Of a stretch of 64,000 bases of DNA, positions 39,978 through 52,200 are shown one piece after another. This stretch comes from Malacoraja senta (Eukaryota): assembly GCA_038087875.1 (NCBI GenBank), contig CM075995.1, positions 2,358,001 to 2,422,000 of the forward strand, read 5' to 3'. Made by a program: the position numbers and the translations under genes. The notes beneath the pieces were generated by a model that saw only the letters and a program-made list of their open reading frames with translations, did not search any database and had not been told where the DNA came from. How positions within the stretch are numbered: position 1 is the stretch's first letter; each line of letters begins with the position of its first letter.

Positions 39978-40657
39978 TACTACATCTCCTCCCTCGACTC
40001 CGTCCAAGGACCCCGACAGTCCTTTCAGGTGGGGCAGAGGTTCACTTACACCTCCACCAACCCCATCTACCGTATCCGCTGTTCCAGGTGTGGACGCCGA
40101 TATATAGGCGAGACCAAGCGCAGGCTCTGTGATCGTTTTGCTGAACACCTCCGCTCAGTCCGCCTAAACATACCTGATCTCCCGGTTGCTAAACACTTTA
40201 ACTCCCCTTCCCATTCCCACACTGACCTTTCTGACCTGGGCCTCCTCCATTGTCAGAGTGAGGCCCAGTGCAAATTGGAGGAACAACACCTCATATTTCG
40301 CTTGGGCAGCTTACAACCCAGCGGTATGAATAACTTCCTTAACTTCACGTAACCCTTGCTTTCCATCCCTCCCCCATCCTAGTTCTCCGACCAGTCTGAC
40401 TGACCTCCTGATTAAATATTACATTGTATGTCTCATTGTCTAACAATGATTTATTCTACATTTACCTCGACTTTGTCCCCTATGATCTCTCATTTTCACA
40501 CCTTACCCTTTCATATCTCTCAACTCCCTCTCCCCTGACTCAGTCTGAAGAAGGGTCTCGACCCGAAACGTCACCCGTTCCCTCTCTCCAGAGATGCTGC
40601 CTGTCCAACTGAGTTACTCCAGCTTTTTGCGTCTATATTCAGTGTAAACCACATCTG
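39978..40657 (+). mobile_element. Penelope-like element 3' part (GIY-YIG plus terminal module)
   Basis: PIYRIRCSRCGRRYIGETKRRLCDRFAEH; hammerhead-like core at 40545-40572. Confidence 0.9.
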
Positions 40658-41396
40658 TCAGATTAGGAAAAGAGGAGGTACAACTGCACCTGGGTGTCCT
40701 TGTACATCTGTCACTGAAAGTAAGCATGCAGGTACTGCAGGCAGTGAATATAGCAGATGGCATGTTGGCCCTCATAGCGAGAAGATTTGAGTATAGGAGC
40801 AAGGAGGTCCTACTGCAGCTGTACCGGGCCCTGGTGAGACCACACCTGGAGTATTGTGTGCAGTTTTGGACTCCTAATTTGAGGAAGGACATTCTTGCTA
40901 TTGAGGCAGTACAGCGTAGGTTCACCAGGTTAATTCCCGGGATGGCAGGACTGACATATGATGAAAGAATGGGTCGACTGGGCTGATATTCACTAGAATT
41001 TAGAAGGATCTTACAGAAACATATAAAATTCTTAAGGGATTGGACAGGCTAGCTGCAGGAAAAATGTTCCCGATGTTGGGGGAGTCCAGAACCAGGGGTC
41101 ACAGTTTAAGAATAAGGGGTAAGCCATTTCGGACTGAGATGAGCAAAATCTTTTTTACCCAGAGAGTTCTGAATCTGTGGAATTGTCCACCTTCGCACAA
41201 GGCAGTGGAGGCCAATTCACTGGATGTTTTCAAGAGAGAGTTAGATATCGCTCTTCGGGCTAACGGAATCAAGAGATATGGGGAGAAAGCAGGATTGGGA
41301 TAGTGATTTTGGATGATCAGCCATGATCATATTGAATGGCTCGATGGGCCGAATGGGCTACTCCTGCACCTATTTTTTATATTTCTATGTTTCTAT
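40657..41396 (+). mobile_element. CR1 LINE 3' fragment
   Basis: LVRPHLEYCVQFW...FFTQRV motifs and the 3' UTR. Confidence 0.9.
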
Positions 41397-42411
41397 TAAA
41401 GGTACTCAATGGTGGGCTAAGGAGCCTGTTTCAATGCATAAGACTATAACTCACACCACTGGCTGAAGTGAAAAATGTCATAATCCATTGTCACTTTCCA
41501 TCATGAAAGTCAGAGGAGAAACATATTTCAAACAACCACGGGTCAAGTCACTTTGACTTCAATAGTTAGGCTGTAAAAATTGCAGTGTGTGTTGAAGACT
41601 GAATTCTTCCTCAGGCAACACAAGTCTGCACTAATGTAACTGATAGCAGCTTTTGTTTTGGAAAATTGTTATCATCCCTTTTAAAGCAAAAGGTTTAAAA
41701 GCTCTCAGGTTCGTCATGAGCAAAGTGCTAAGTGGCACATAAGACTTTATCTTTTAAAACTCATTAATAAAATATCACAGTTTAAGAAAGAACTGCAGAT
41801 GCTGGAAAAAATCGAAGGTAGACGGTTTCGACCCAAAACGTCGCCTATTCCTTCGCTCCATAGATGCTGCCTCACCCGCCGAGTTTCTCCAGCTTTTTTG
41901 TCTACCAGTAAAATATCTCAAATCTTTTTTTAAAATTAGAGATGCACGTTTCTCAGAGCAATTCACTTGAACTGAGTTACACAAGCAAACACTTTCCCAA
42001 GATAAACACAAAAAGCTGGAGTAACTCAGCGGGACAGGCAGCATGTCTGGAGAAAAGGAATGGGTGACGTTTCGGGTCAAGACCCTTCTTCAGAAACAGA
42101 GTCTGAAGAAAGGTATCGACCTGAAACGTCACCCGTCCCTTCTCTCCAGAGATGCTGCCTGTCCCGCTGAGTTACTCCAGCATTTTGTGCCTATCTCCAG
42201 TTTAAACCAGCATCTGCAGCTCCTTCCTACAAATTCTTTCCCATGCATTAATTTAGTACCGCGTATTATTTTTGCGAGGCAGTAAGTCAAAGGCATTTGC
42301 TCTTGCAGACAAGATCAAATGATGCTCAGAAATCCGATACACGGTTTAATTTCACACTCTGTCAAGTTTTACAACATGAGAATGTTAAGTGAAGAGAAGA
42401 CTGCCACATAC

Positions 42412-42576
42412 CTCCGTGAGGCCTGAAACCTCACCCTTCTGTAGCGGTCTGACAATTGAAGGAGTGTGGATCTTCCCATTGTCTGCTGGCTTCCCTTTCA
42501 TAAAATGCTTCCCTGCTTCATAAATGTCCACCTCAATCATTTTCCCCAGAAATTCGGGTTGCTTAGGCACCAGAAC
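42412..42576 (-). CDS. CDKAL1: CDKAL1 penultimate coding exon, TRAM domain ([28 protein letters not shown]...KGEVSGLTE)
   Basis: 165 bp, phase 0/0, pyrimidine tract plus cag| acceptor and |gtatgt donor. It joins in frame to the 58648-58731 exon and matches recalled CDKAL1 [28 protein letters not shown]...KGEVSGLT. Confidence 0.96.
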
Positions 42577-45500
42577 CTGAAGGGGAAGGAGAAAAAAACA
42601 CTCATATATGATTAAAAGACATGGGTAACCAAGGCATAGACTTTTCAGTGGACTTCAAGTTTCAGTTTCGGTTTAGTTTATTGTCACGTGTACCGAGGTA
42701 CAGTGAAAAAGCTTTTGTTGCGTGCTAACAACGTTTAATCATTAATGTTTTATTATTAATGTTTAATGTTTTATGTGTCATTCCTAACTGTCACTGTATG
42801 TCATGTTGTCACTTGCGGGCGGAGCACCAAGGCAAATTCCTTGCATGTGAATACTTGCCCAATAAACCTATTCATAAACCAGTCAGCAGAAAGACAATAC
42901 ATGATTACAATCGGGCCACTTACAGTGTACAGTTACTTTATAAGGGAATAACACTTAGGGCAAGGTAAAGCCAGCAAAGTCCAATTAAGGATAGTCCGAG
43001 GGTCACCAATGAGGTAGATTGTAGTTCGGCAATGTAACATTGAAGAAGAGAATGCTAATTTATCATAATGGATTTGTGACCTTTTTTCTTTGCAATGTGG
43101 TAAATTCTCTTTCAGATTAATGTTATTCTCATTCATTGTTTAGTTTGCTTTTACTCTGGTTTTATCCTCTGCTGCCATGGCCACTAAAAGCTCAAATGTA
43201 CTCAATCCTTTCTTCCTCACTTGATATTTGATTTTCCTATGTGCCGATCATTGGTATCCATCCATATTTATAAAGCATCTCTCTGGTTCAAAGAGCATAG
43301 ATCTCATATTCAGAGCTATCCAACCACAGTCTGAACATGGAACATAGGAGATTACATTACAGTCCATTATAGGAACGGGCCCTTCAGCCCACATCATCTG
43401 TCCTGAACATAATGCCAAGGTAAACTAATCTCATCTGCCTGCACGTGATCCACGCCCTTCCATTCCCTGCATATCATAGAGTCACAGAGTCGAAGATTGA
43501 TACAGCGTGGAAACAAGCCCTTCGATGTTTGGTCCATATCCCTACAAACCTGTCCTAGTCATGTACCTGTTTGACTGTCTCTTAAACGTTGAGATTAAGA
43601 ATAAGGGGAAGGCCATTTAGAACTGAGATGAGGAAAAAGTTTTCCACCCTGAGAGTTGTGAATTCGTGCAATTCTCTGCCTCAGAAGGCAGTGGAAACAG
43701 ATTCACTGCATGCATTCAAAAGAGAGTTAGATAGAGCTCTTAGGGCTAGTGGCATCAAGGAATATGAGGTTCCTATTAAGAATAAGGGGTAAGTCATTTA
43801 GAACGGAGGTGAGAAAACACTTTTTCACACAGAGAGTTGTGAGTGTGGAATTATCTGCCAGAGGGCAGTGGAGGCCGGTTCTCTGGATACATTCAAGAGA
43901 GAGCTAGAAAGGGCTCTTGAAGATAGCGGAGTCAGGAGATATGGGGAGAAGGCAGGAACAGGGTACTGATTGTGGATGATCAGCCATGATCACAGTGAAT
44001 GGCGGTGCTGTCCTGAAGGGCTGAATGGCCTACTCCTGCACCTATTTTCTATGTTTCTATCAGATAGTCCAAGCCTCAACTATCTCCTCTGGCAGCTTGT
44101 TACATTCGCCCACCAACCTTTGTGTGAAAAGGTTACCCCTCAGAATCCTATTAAATCGTTTCCCCTTCACCTTAAAATTATGTCCTCTGGTCCTCGATTC
44201 CTCTACTCTGGGCATCTACCCGATCTATTCCTCTCATGATTTTATACACCTCTATAAGATCACCCCTCATCCTCCTGCGCTCCAAGGAATAGAGACCCAG
44301 CCTACTCCCCGTAGCTTAGACCCTCTAATCCTGGCAACATCCTCGTAATATCCCCGCGTCCATGTAAAAGTCTCTTAAAAGCCACTATTGTACCTGCCTC
44401 CACTGCCACCCCAGAACATGCTCGTAAACCAAACAGGCGTATTTCATAGTAGCACCTCGACTGAAGCACATGAAAACAATTGGGAAGAACAAAAACAAGC
44501 CGAATAGACACGACAATGCCCAGGACTTCATGCCTGATCCCCTATTGCTTCCAGCCATGTAATCTCACATAACAAAATAAAACTTAGTATGTTTTAGGAG
44601 ATAACATAATCATTTGAGAATTGCCTCTCCTACTCACTCAGGTTATCATAACCAATCCAGATGATCTCTCAATAATTAAGACCATTTGGTTACAAAAAAC
44701 AGCATTATAGCAGAATAATAGCACTATACAGCAAGGAAAGGGACCGTTTGGCCCAATTCATCCATGCTGACCACGTTGCTTTACCGAGCTAGATGCCTGT
44801 ACCCAGTCCATGTCCCTCCAAACCTTTCCTATCCATGTACCTGTCCAAGTGTCATTTAAATGCCATAACTTCACCCGTCCTCACCCCTTCCTCTGGCAAC
44901 TCATTTCATGTAAACATGCAGAATCTGACAGAATGTCCAGGCCAAAAAAGTTTTAAAAATAAAGTAGAAATAATGAACTGCAGATGCTGGTTTATACCAA
45001 AGATAGACACAAAGTGCTGGAGTAACTTAGCGGGTCAGGCAGCATCTCTGGGGAAAAGGAATAGGTGACGTTTCGGGTCGGAACCCTTCTTCAGACCTGT
45101 TCTTCATGTCTTCATGTACACCCAACCAATTGTGTGTAAAGGTTGCCCCTCAGGTCCCTTTTAAATCTTTTCTCTGTCACCTTAAACATATGACTGCTAG
45201 TTTTAGACTCCTCTAACCTGGGGAAAACAAACTGCGGTTCTCCAGCTTTAATAAATCTCCTGATTTAATACACCTCCTTATGGTCACTTTTTAGCCTCCT
45301 ACTGTATGCTCCAGGGAGAAAAAACCAGCCTATTCTCTCCTTATAATTCCAAGCCCTCCAGACCTGGTAACATCATTTATATCAGCACAAGCCCCTGGGG
45401 AGACTGGGGATTAGCTGCATGCAAGCAAAACTAAAGCCAGAAATGTACTGAAAGCAATTAAATAATTGAATGAAACTTTCTGGAACTCATGGCTGAGATT

Positions 45501-46103
45501 TCACGTGATAATTAGACGCTACAGTGCGGAAACAGGCCCTTCGGCCCACTGAGCCCGCGTCGACCAGCGATCCCCACACACTAACACTATCCTACACACA
45601 CTAGGGACAACTTACAAATGTACCTGTACGTCTTTGGAGAGTGGGAAAAAACCCAATCTACCTGATATCAAGAGACAATAGGATGTGTGCAGAGGGGGGA
45701 GGGAGGAGAGGGTCGGTGGTAGAAAACTCTTGTATTTCATTAAATATAACATCTTCAAGTTGAGATCTCCAAGCGGATGACACAAAGTATAAATGGAGTC
45801 CATTGAAGGGAGGTTGGTTCACGTGATGGTCTGGGCTGCATCCACAATTCTCTGCAATTTCTTGCTGACTTGGTCGGAGCTGTCCCCAAACCATTCTGTG
45901 ATGCATCCTGATAAAATGCTTCCTATGGTGCATCTGTAGAGGTCGGCGAGGGGCTTGGATACCGGAATGGGTTCATGGAAACCATAACCCCGAGATGGGG
46001 TAGATGCAGGGAATAGGGGGAGCATTCGGAGAGACCTTTAGATAGGGAACTGCGAGTTACTGATGGTTCACTCAACCTGTTTGTGTGAAAGACTACCTTC
46101 TTA

Positions 46104-46639
46104 TGGGCCTGTCCCACTAAGTCGACTAGGCTGTCGCCACATGGTCGCGGGGTGATGCCTGTATGGTCGTGAGTAGTCTCCTCAAGTCGCCCAAAGAGTC
46201 GTAGCGTTTTTCTGGCCGATGCTGGATTTTGAAACGTTCAGCGAACGTTGCTGACAGTTGGCTTGACACCAATGATCGTAGCTTGTCTTCTCCTGACGTA
46301 GGTGCTGTTGTTCGTTGTCGCCAGATGACGGAGGTTGTCGCCAGTGCTGACTTCGGTGAATTCCATTGGCGACTACCTACGTCAATCGCCGACAGGTACC
46401 GGCGACTGATTTGTCTTAAGTTGGCTTCAGTTGTCACGCGGGTGGACCTAGGTTGTCTTAGGTGTGGTCGTAGGTGGACGTCCTAATGGATCGCCGGTGG
46501 TCGGTAGCTTGCCATAGCTTGACGTTGACTAGGTAGGTTGTTGTAGACATTGTCGTAGGGGTGTCCAGTCGCCGTTTTTTCGGCGACCTGCTATGACTAT
46601 GGCAGTCGCCGAAAAAATCGCCCAAGTGGGACAGGCCCT
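46104..46639. mobile_element. PIF/Harbinger-type MITE
   Basis: TTA TSD and TIR GGGCCTGTCCCACT. The interior is related to 58228-58568. Confidence 0.9.
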
Positions 46640-47687
46640 TTACAGTGCACTCCGCTGTGTAGAATACCAATGGTCATGTTACTGGATCAACAACGCAATG
46701 TGAAGAAAGACATCTTTGTCAATAGAGCAACCTTTGAAACCATACAATAGACAAAGCTTTAGAAGAAAGTACCAAAATGGTGTAAAGTGCATGCGAATGT
46801 GGAGTGCAAAAAAAAAAAAAAATTATGATAAATTCGGCTCTTCGAACTTTGATTCTTTTGCAGATTGGTATTAAGTGCTTTTTGTTTTCTCAAGGCAGTG
46901 TTTTATTGAGCAGGCATTTCTTTTGAAAGTACTAACAGGTTGATTTTGGATGTCAATGCCTCCATCACGCCCATCATTTTGTGAGGAACACAAGCACTAA
47001 AGTAAATAATATCTGTGTCTAAAAAGTACTCAGGCACGGATCAATCTGCAACTGCAGGCCATGTGGCAGTGTGAATCACAGAACGGTACGTGATTCTGTG
47101 CAGGGATGGACATGAGACTTCTCGTTTCCCTTGCGACCGTAATTCGTCGTTCACATCAAGAATACGGTCGCAGAACTGTGAAACATTAATCATGCTCCTT
47201 AATGCAGAAACCCAAAAGAGAAAAGAAAATTGTTCGCCGTTTTTTAAACTTGAGACCTTTTTAAACTCACTTTTTAAAATATATATAATTGTGTTGCAAG
47301 GAATTAGACACCAGAGGAATTTTCTGAACAAGACATAAATCCAGGCGATCCATGTGATATGCAGACAGTCCCTGGGGGCGTTTTAAGTTTTCACAGCAAG
47401 AAAATAAGTTCAGAAGATGTGGCAGAATGATGGAAGCAGTTTAAAGGAGCTGTGACCTCATGAAAGCACGGTTGACAATCATTTTATGTTCGTACTTGGG
47501 AGGGGGGGGGAAGCAAGTGATTCATTATTTTTATCCGGTATTGCATAATTCGAAATCATTGACAATACTATCACATGGAGGTAAACCAAATATTTCTTCT
47601 GAAAGTCAGCAAAAGCTTAACCTAATGTTGCCAAAACCAAATTAGGGGAACTTTTCATTTCCATCGAAAAATGGTTGAATAATACAA

Positions 47688-48900
47688 ACATAGAAACATG
47701 GAAAATAGGTGCAGGTGTAGGCCATTCAGCCTGTCAAGCCAGCACCGTCATTCAATATGATCATGGCTGATCATCCATAATCAGTCTGAAGAAGGGTTTC
47801 GGCCCGAAACGTTGCCTATTTCCTTCGCTCCATAGATGCTGCTGCACCCGCTGAGTTTCTCCAGCATTTTTGTGTACCATCCAAAATCAATACCCCGTTC
47901 CTGCTTTCTACCTATATCCCTTGATTCCGTTTGCCCTAAGAGCTATATCTAACTCTCTCTTTAAAACATCTAATGAATTGGCCTCCACTGCCTTCTATGG
48001 CAGAGAATTCCACAGATTCACAACTCTCTGGGTGAAATTGTTTTCCTCATCTCAGTCCTAAATGGCCTACCCCTTATTCTTAAACTGTGACCCCTGGTTC
48101 TGGACTCCCCCAACATCGGGAACATTTTTCCTGCATCTAGCCTGTCCAATCCCTTAATAGACAATAGACAATAGGTGCAGGAGTAGACCATTCGGCCCTT
48201 TGAGCCAACAGCGCCATTCAATGTGATCATGGCTGATCATCCCCAATCAGTACCCCGTTCCTGCCTTCTCCCCATATCCCCTGACTCTGCTATCTTTAAC
48301 CCTATCTAGCTCTCTCTTGAAATTATCCAGGGAACCGGTCTCCACCGCCCACAGAGGCAGAGAATTTTATTAAGAATTTTATATGTTTCTATATAACGGG
48401 ACAGCTCCGACCAAGTCAGCAAGAAATTGCAGAGAATTGTGGATGCAGCCCAGACCATCACGTGAACCAACCTCCCTTCAATGGACTCCATTTATACTTC
48501 ACGCTGCCTCGGCAAGGCCACCAGCAGAATCAAGGACCACCCTGGCCACTCCCTCTTCTCCCATCTGGCAAAAGGTATAGTCGTGTGAAAATACACACCT
48601 CCAGATTCAGGGACAGTTTCTTCCCAGCTGTTTTCAGGCAACTGAACCATCCTACCACAACTAGAGAGCTGTCCTGAACTACTATCTACCTCATTGGAGA
48701 CCCTCAGACTATCTTTGATCGGACTTTACTGGTTTTATCATGCACTAAACGTTATTCAGGTTCTTCCCTTTATCATGTATCTGTGCACTGTGAATGGCTC
48801 GACTGTAATCATGCATTGTGTATCCGCTGACTGCTCAGCTCGCAACAAAAGCTTTTCACTGAACCTCGGTACAAAGGACAATAAACTAAACTCAAACTCA
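47688..48900. mobile_element. Nested cluster of two CR1 3' ends (minus), a Penelope terminal module (47781-47877, plus) and a Rex/Babar-type 3' end (~48395-48900, plus)
   Basis: Each part is homologous to copies elsewhere in the window. Confidence 0.8.
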
Positions 48901-49232
48901 AGCCGACTATCAATCAGCCGATCAAACTAGTTTGCTGTTATCCCACTTTCTCATCCACTCCCCTCCACTGTAGGGGCAATTTGGCGCAACCAATTAACCT
49001 ACTAATCCTCACAGGGAGAACGTGCAAACTCCATGCAGACAGCACCCGAGGTCAGGGTTGAACCCGGGTCTCTGAAGCTTTGAAGCAGCGGCTCTACCTG
49101 CTAAGCCACCTTGCCACAAAAAATTGAATAAAAGCAGGACTAAAGCACTGTCCAAAACAACTACCACATATATATCCCATTTGTATGGTTCCCTATGTTT
49201 CACCAGTCTCAAAGTTCTTAACTATATTTAGA

Positions 49233-52200
49233 ATTTTACTTCGGAGTCACGTGAGTGAGTCCGTGAAGAAGCCCCGCCAGTCCGCATGCGTGTCATATCG
49301 TCGTTCACATTGTGAACTGGCAGGGCATCTCTCCTGCCGGCGGTAAGTTTAAAACTATAGGTAAGTTTTGTATTACTTACCAGGTTTTGATTTTGCAGAA
49401 ATCTCTTTTCACAGAGGTATCCTGCTAGATATTGTGGCGAAGTCCGGCGAGTGAACCGGCTATGGGCTGTGGGGAGACCCCGGTTCCGACCGCGGAAGCG
49501 GATAGTCGGCAGATGTCGGGGTTCGCGATCCCAGTCACTGACAAGGTGGTCTATGGCTTCCAGCCTGCTGTGGTTCCCGGGGAGGGCAAATCAAGCAGGA
49601 AGGCGGTATCACCGCCAGAGTCGCTGACAGTTCGGTCAGCGGCTCACAGACACAGTGGTCCCCAGGCATGGGGTGAAATCACCGATAAATCGATCAGCCC
49701 TATTGGACTCGGACGAGTCGGGCTGCGAGGGTTCCCTTCCGGTAATGCGTATATATTTGGATGGAGCCTGGTGACATTCTAATCCTTCGCAGGTGAAGCT
49801 CCACACTCCAAAATTAAATTATTGACGTGCATTCCCCAAGCTGAGGAGACCATGCCGGGTCAGGGTACTTTTGAAGCCGCATCTGCGCCGGCCTATTGGG
49901 AGAGCCGCGCCAGCAGCGCCTGGGACAGGGCTGCTTAATGTGTGACAGCGCCGGCCTGTAGGAGAGGCCGGCGCCAGCAGCGCCTGGGACAGGGCTGATT
50001 CATCTCTCCCTCCTGGAGGAGGAGAGCATGCCGGGTTAGTGTAATTCTGACACCGAGTCTGAGGGTATAGCCGTGGAGCATACCCCAAGGGATGAAGGGC
50101 ACGTGTCAGAGGTACCATTTCCTGACAACAAAGTTTGCCATCCCAACAGAATGTTCCATCCTGGTATACGTCCATTGGAAGGGCCGTATCAGCGCAGGTA
50201 TCCTCAGGGGCCTGTGGCAGCACCAGTTTCAGGGCTGCCTACGAATCGCCCTCTCTGAGGAGGGGAGTGCGAAAGGTCAGATGTAACTGACTCCAGATTC
50301 TAAAGATGTCGGTGGAACATACTGGAGCACATGCGTGCCGGCAGTGAACAGCGCTATCAGGGGGATATGAGAGAGAGCCGCCGAATCTTCTGTTCAGGTA
50401 AGGCCTATTCAACAGGAAAAACCTGACGGACGAAGCAAAAGCTGTCGGACCAATCAAGGCCAACGGCGGGCAAAGCTTCATCGTTTCAGCGACAACGCAC
50501 CCCATGCCTTCATCGGCAGTAAGCAATTCACTGAAGCTGGTGGCAGCATGACCACTGGGCACAGGTTCCACGCACCCTACCAGTCCTACTCAACATAACT
50601 AGGCAGGTAGGTGGGTCTGGCACTTCCGAAACATGGGTAAGTGGACCACTTACAACTTGGTAATATCTACACTTGTTTGTACAGCACACAAATGATAAAG
50701 GCATTGTCATCTGCTTAGAGACATCTAACCATGTAAAACTGCACAATACTAGCATTCCAAGCAAGTTTGGAATTAGGGCCAGAATTGTCGTTTTAGGCAG
50801 GCTCAGTATAATGGCCAGAGTTGCCTTTGGACAAAATTTATGAGGGAGGGTCGGAAATCGGGCCACAGTTATCGTGCGAAGCACCCATGGAATGATGGCA
50901 GGAATGGCCTGTTCATTATGAAAAATGGAGAATTTTGTTTAATTTGCATGTGCAGTATAAACTTTCCGAATAGAAAACTTCGTTACTGACAAACAACTGA
51001 TTCATAAGGGTCTCAAAGATACATTCTATGCAATTCCCATTACAGGGATCATCGGAGACATTTGAAATGATCAAAAAGGCAATGATAACTGTAATAATAA
51101 CAGTAAAACATTGCAAAATGGGATAAACTATTTACCCAGGTTATTTACCAAATTAATAAAATTTGGACTCAGAGTTCAAAAACACTTGTTATGTCTTGCC
51201 TGGAGGATATTCTAACACTGTATTTGTTAAAATCACCTGTTTCAGCCAAACTATTTTTTGAGAAATTGGGCTCATCCATCCAGTTAACTTTAAGTTGTTA
51301 CCAAATAGACTTGTTGGTCATTGGGATTTACCTTTAACCACTAATTAGCCTATGACTCCACCCTGTGGCAAGAGATTGGAGTTAATAAGAACCTGTTATA
51401 AAGCTGACTTCTATTCATCAAGAGTAATTGGCAATATAGTAGCTGTGATTCAGCTGTGCAAGTCAGGGAACTGACATTGTGCAAAGTAGCAACCTCTCAA
51501 ATGCCATGTAGGTCATTGTTAACAGGCTTATGCTATTACCAGCTGAATCTACCAAAGTCACAATGATGAACAAACAGTATTCAGCAATGCTCCAGTAGTT
51601 TGGTCAGTCGAATTTCAGTTATTTTACAAACTGATGCTAAGGGCTCTAAGGTGGAAAATTGCGAATGTCATCTCTAGTTTGGAGGTGGAGGAGATTTGCA
51701 TGAGTTGCCAATTCTTCAGTTATTGGTATCAACTAGCTATAGATACTAGATGCATCCCATGGGTAAAGGGCTATTGAGCGAATATACATAATCTACATGC
51801 TCAACTTCAAGTTGATACACTATGGTGGTGGCATATGTTAGTCACATGGCAATCAAGTAAAAGTATCCGTAATAATTTACCTAATCTCCTTTGCCACTGG
51901 TGTATCATCAAGTTCAGATCGATGACAACACAGAATAGGTGTTGGATCACAAAGTATTTATGAAAGTATGGTTCAATGAAACACCGAATATCGACATGTT
52001 GGTTTCATGCTTATTCACTGATTGCAAAAATATGTGGCATAACAGTGTTGAGAGATACATTCTCGCTACAAGAAGGAGGAATGTTCTTTTATGTCTTCCT
52101 CCATTTTGCCAAATCAGTCGGGACTTGAAATAAAGCCAGAAAGATCTCGCTTTAGTTTTCGTACTGTCTGACTGGCTATGCAGCCATGATTCCCGCTTCC

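Noticed and set aside
49432..50884. ORFs in the 5' part of the DIRS element as host genes
   Set aside because: Fragments or antisense frames in the expected gag-like region; no host domain or splice support.
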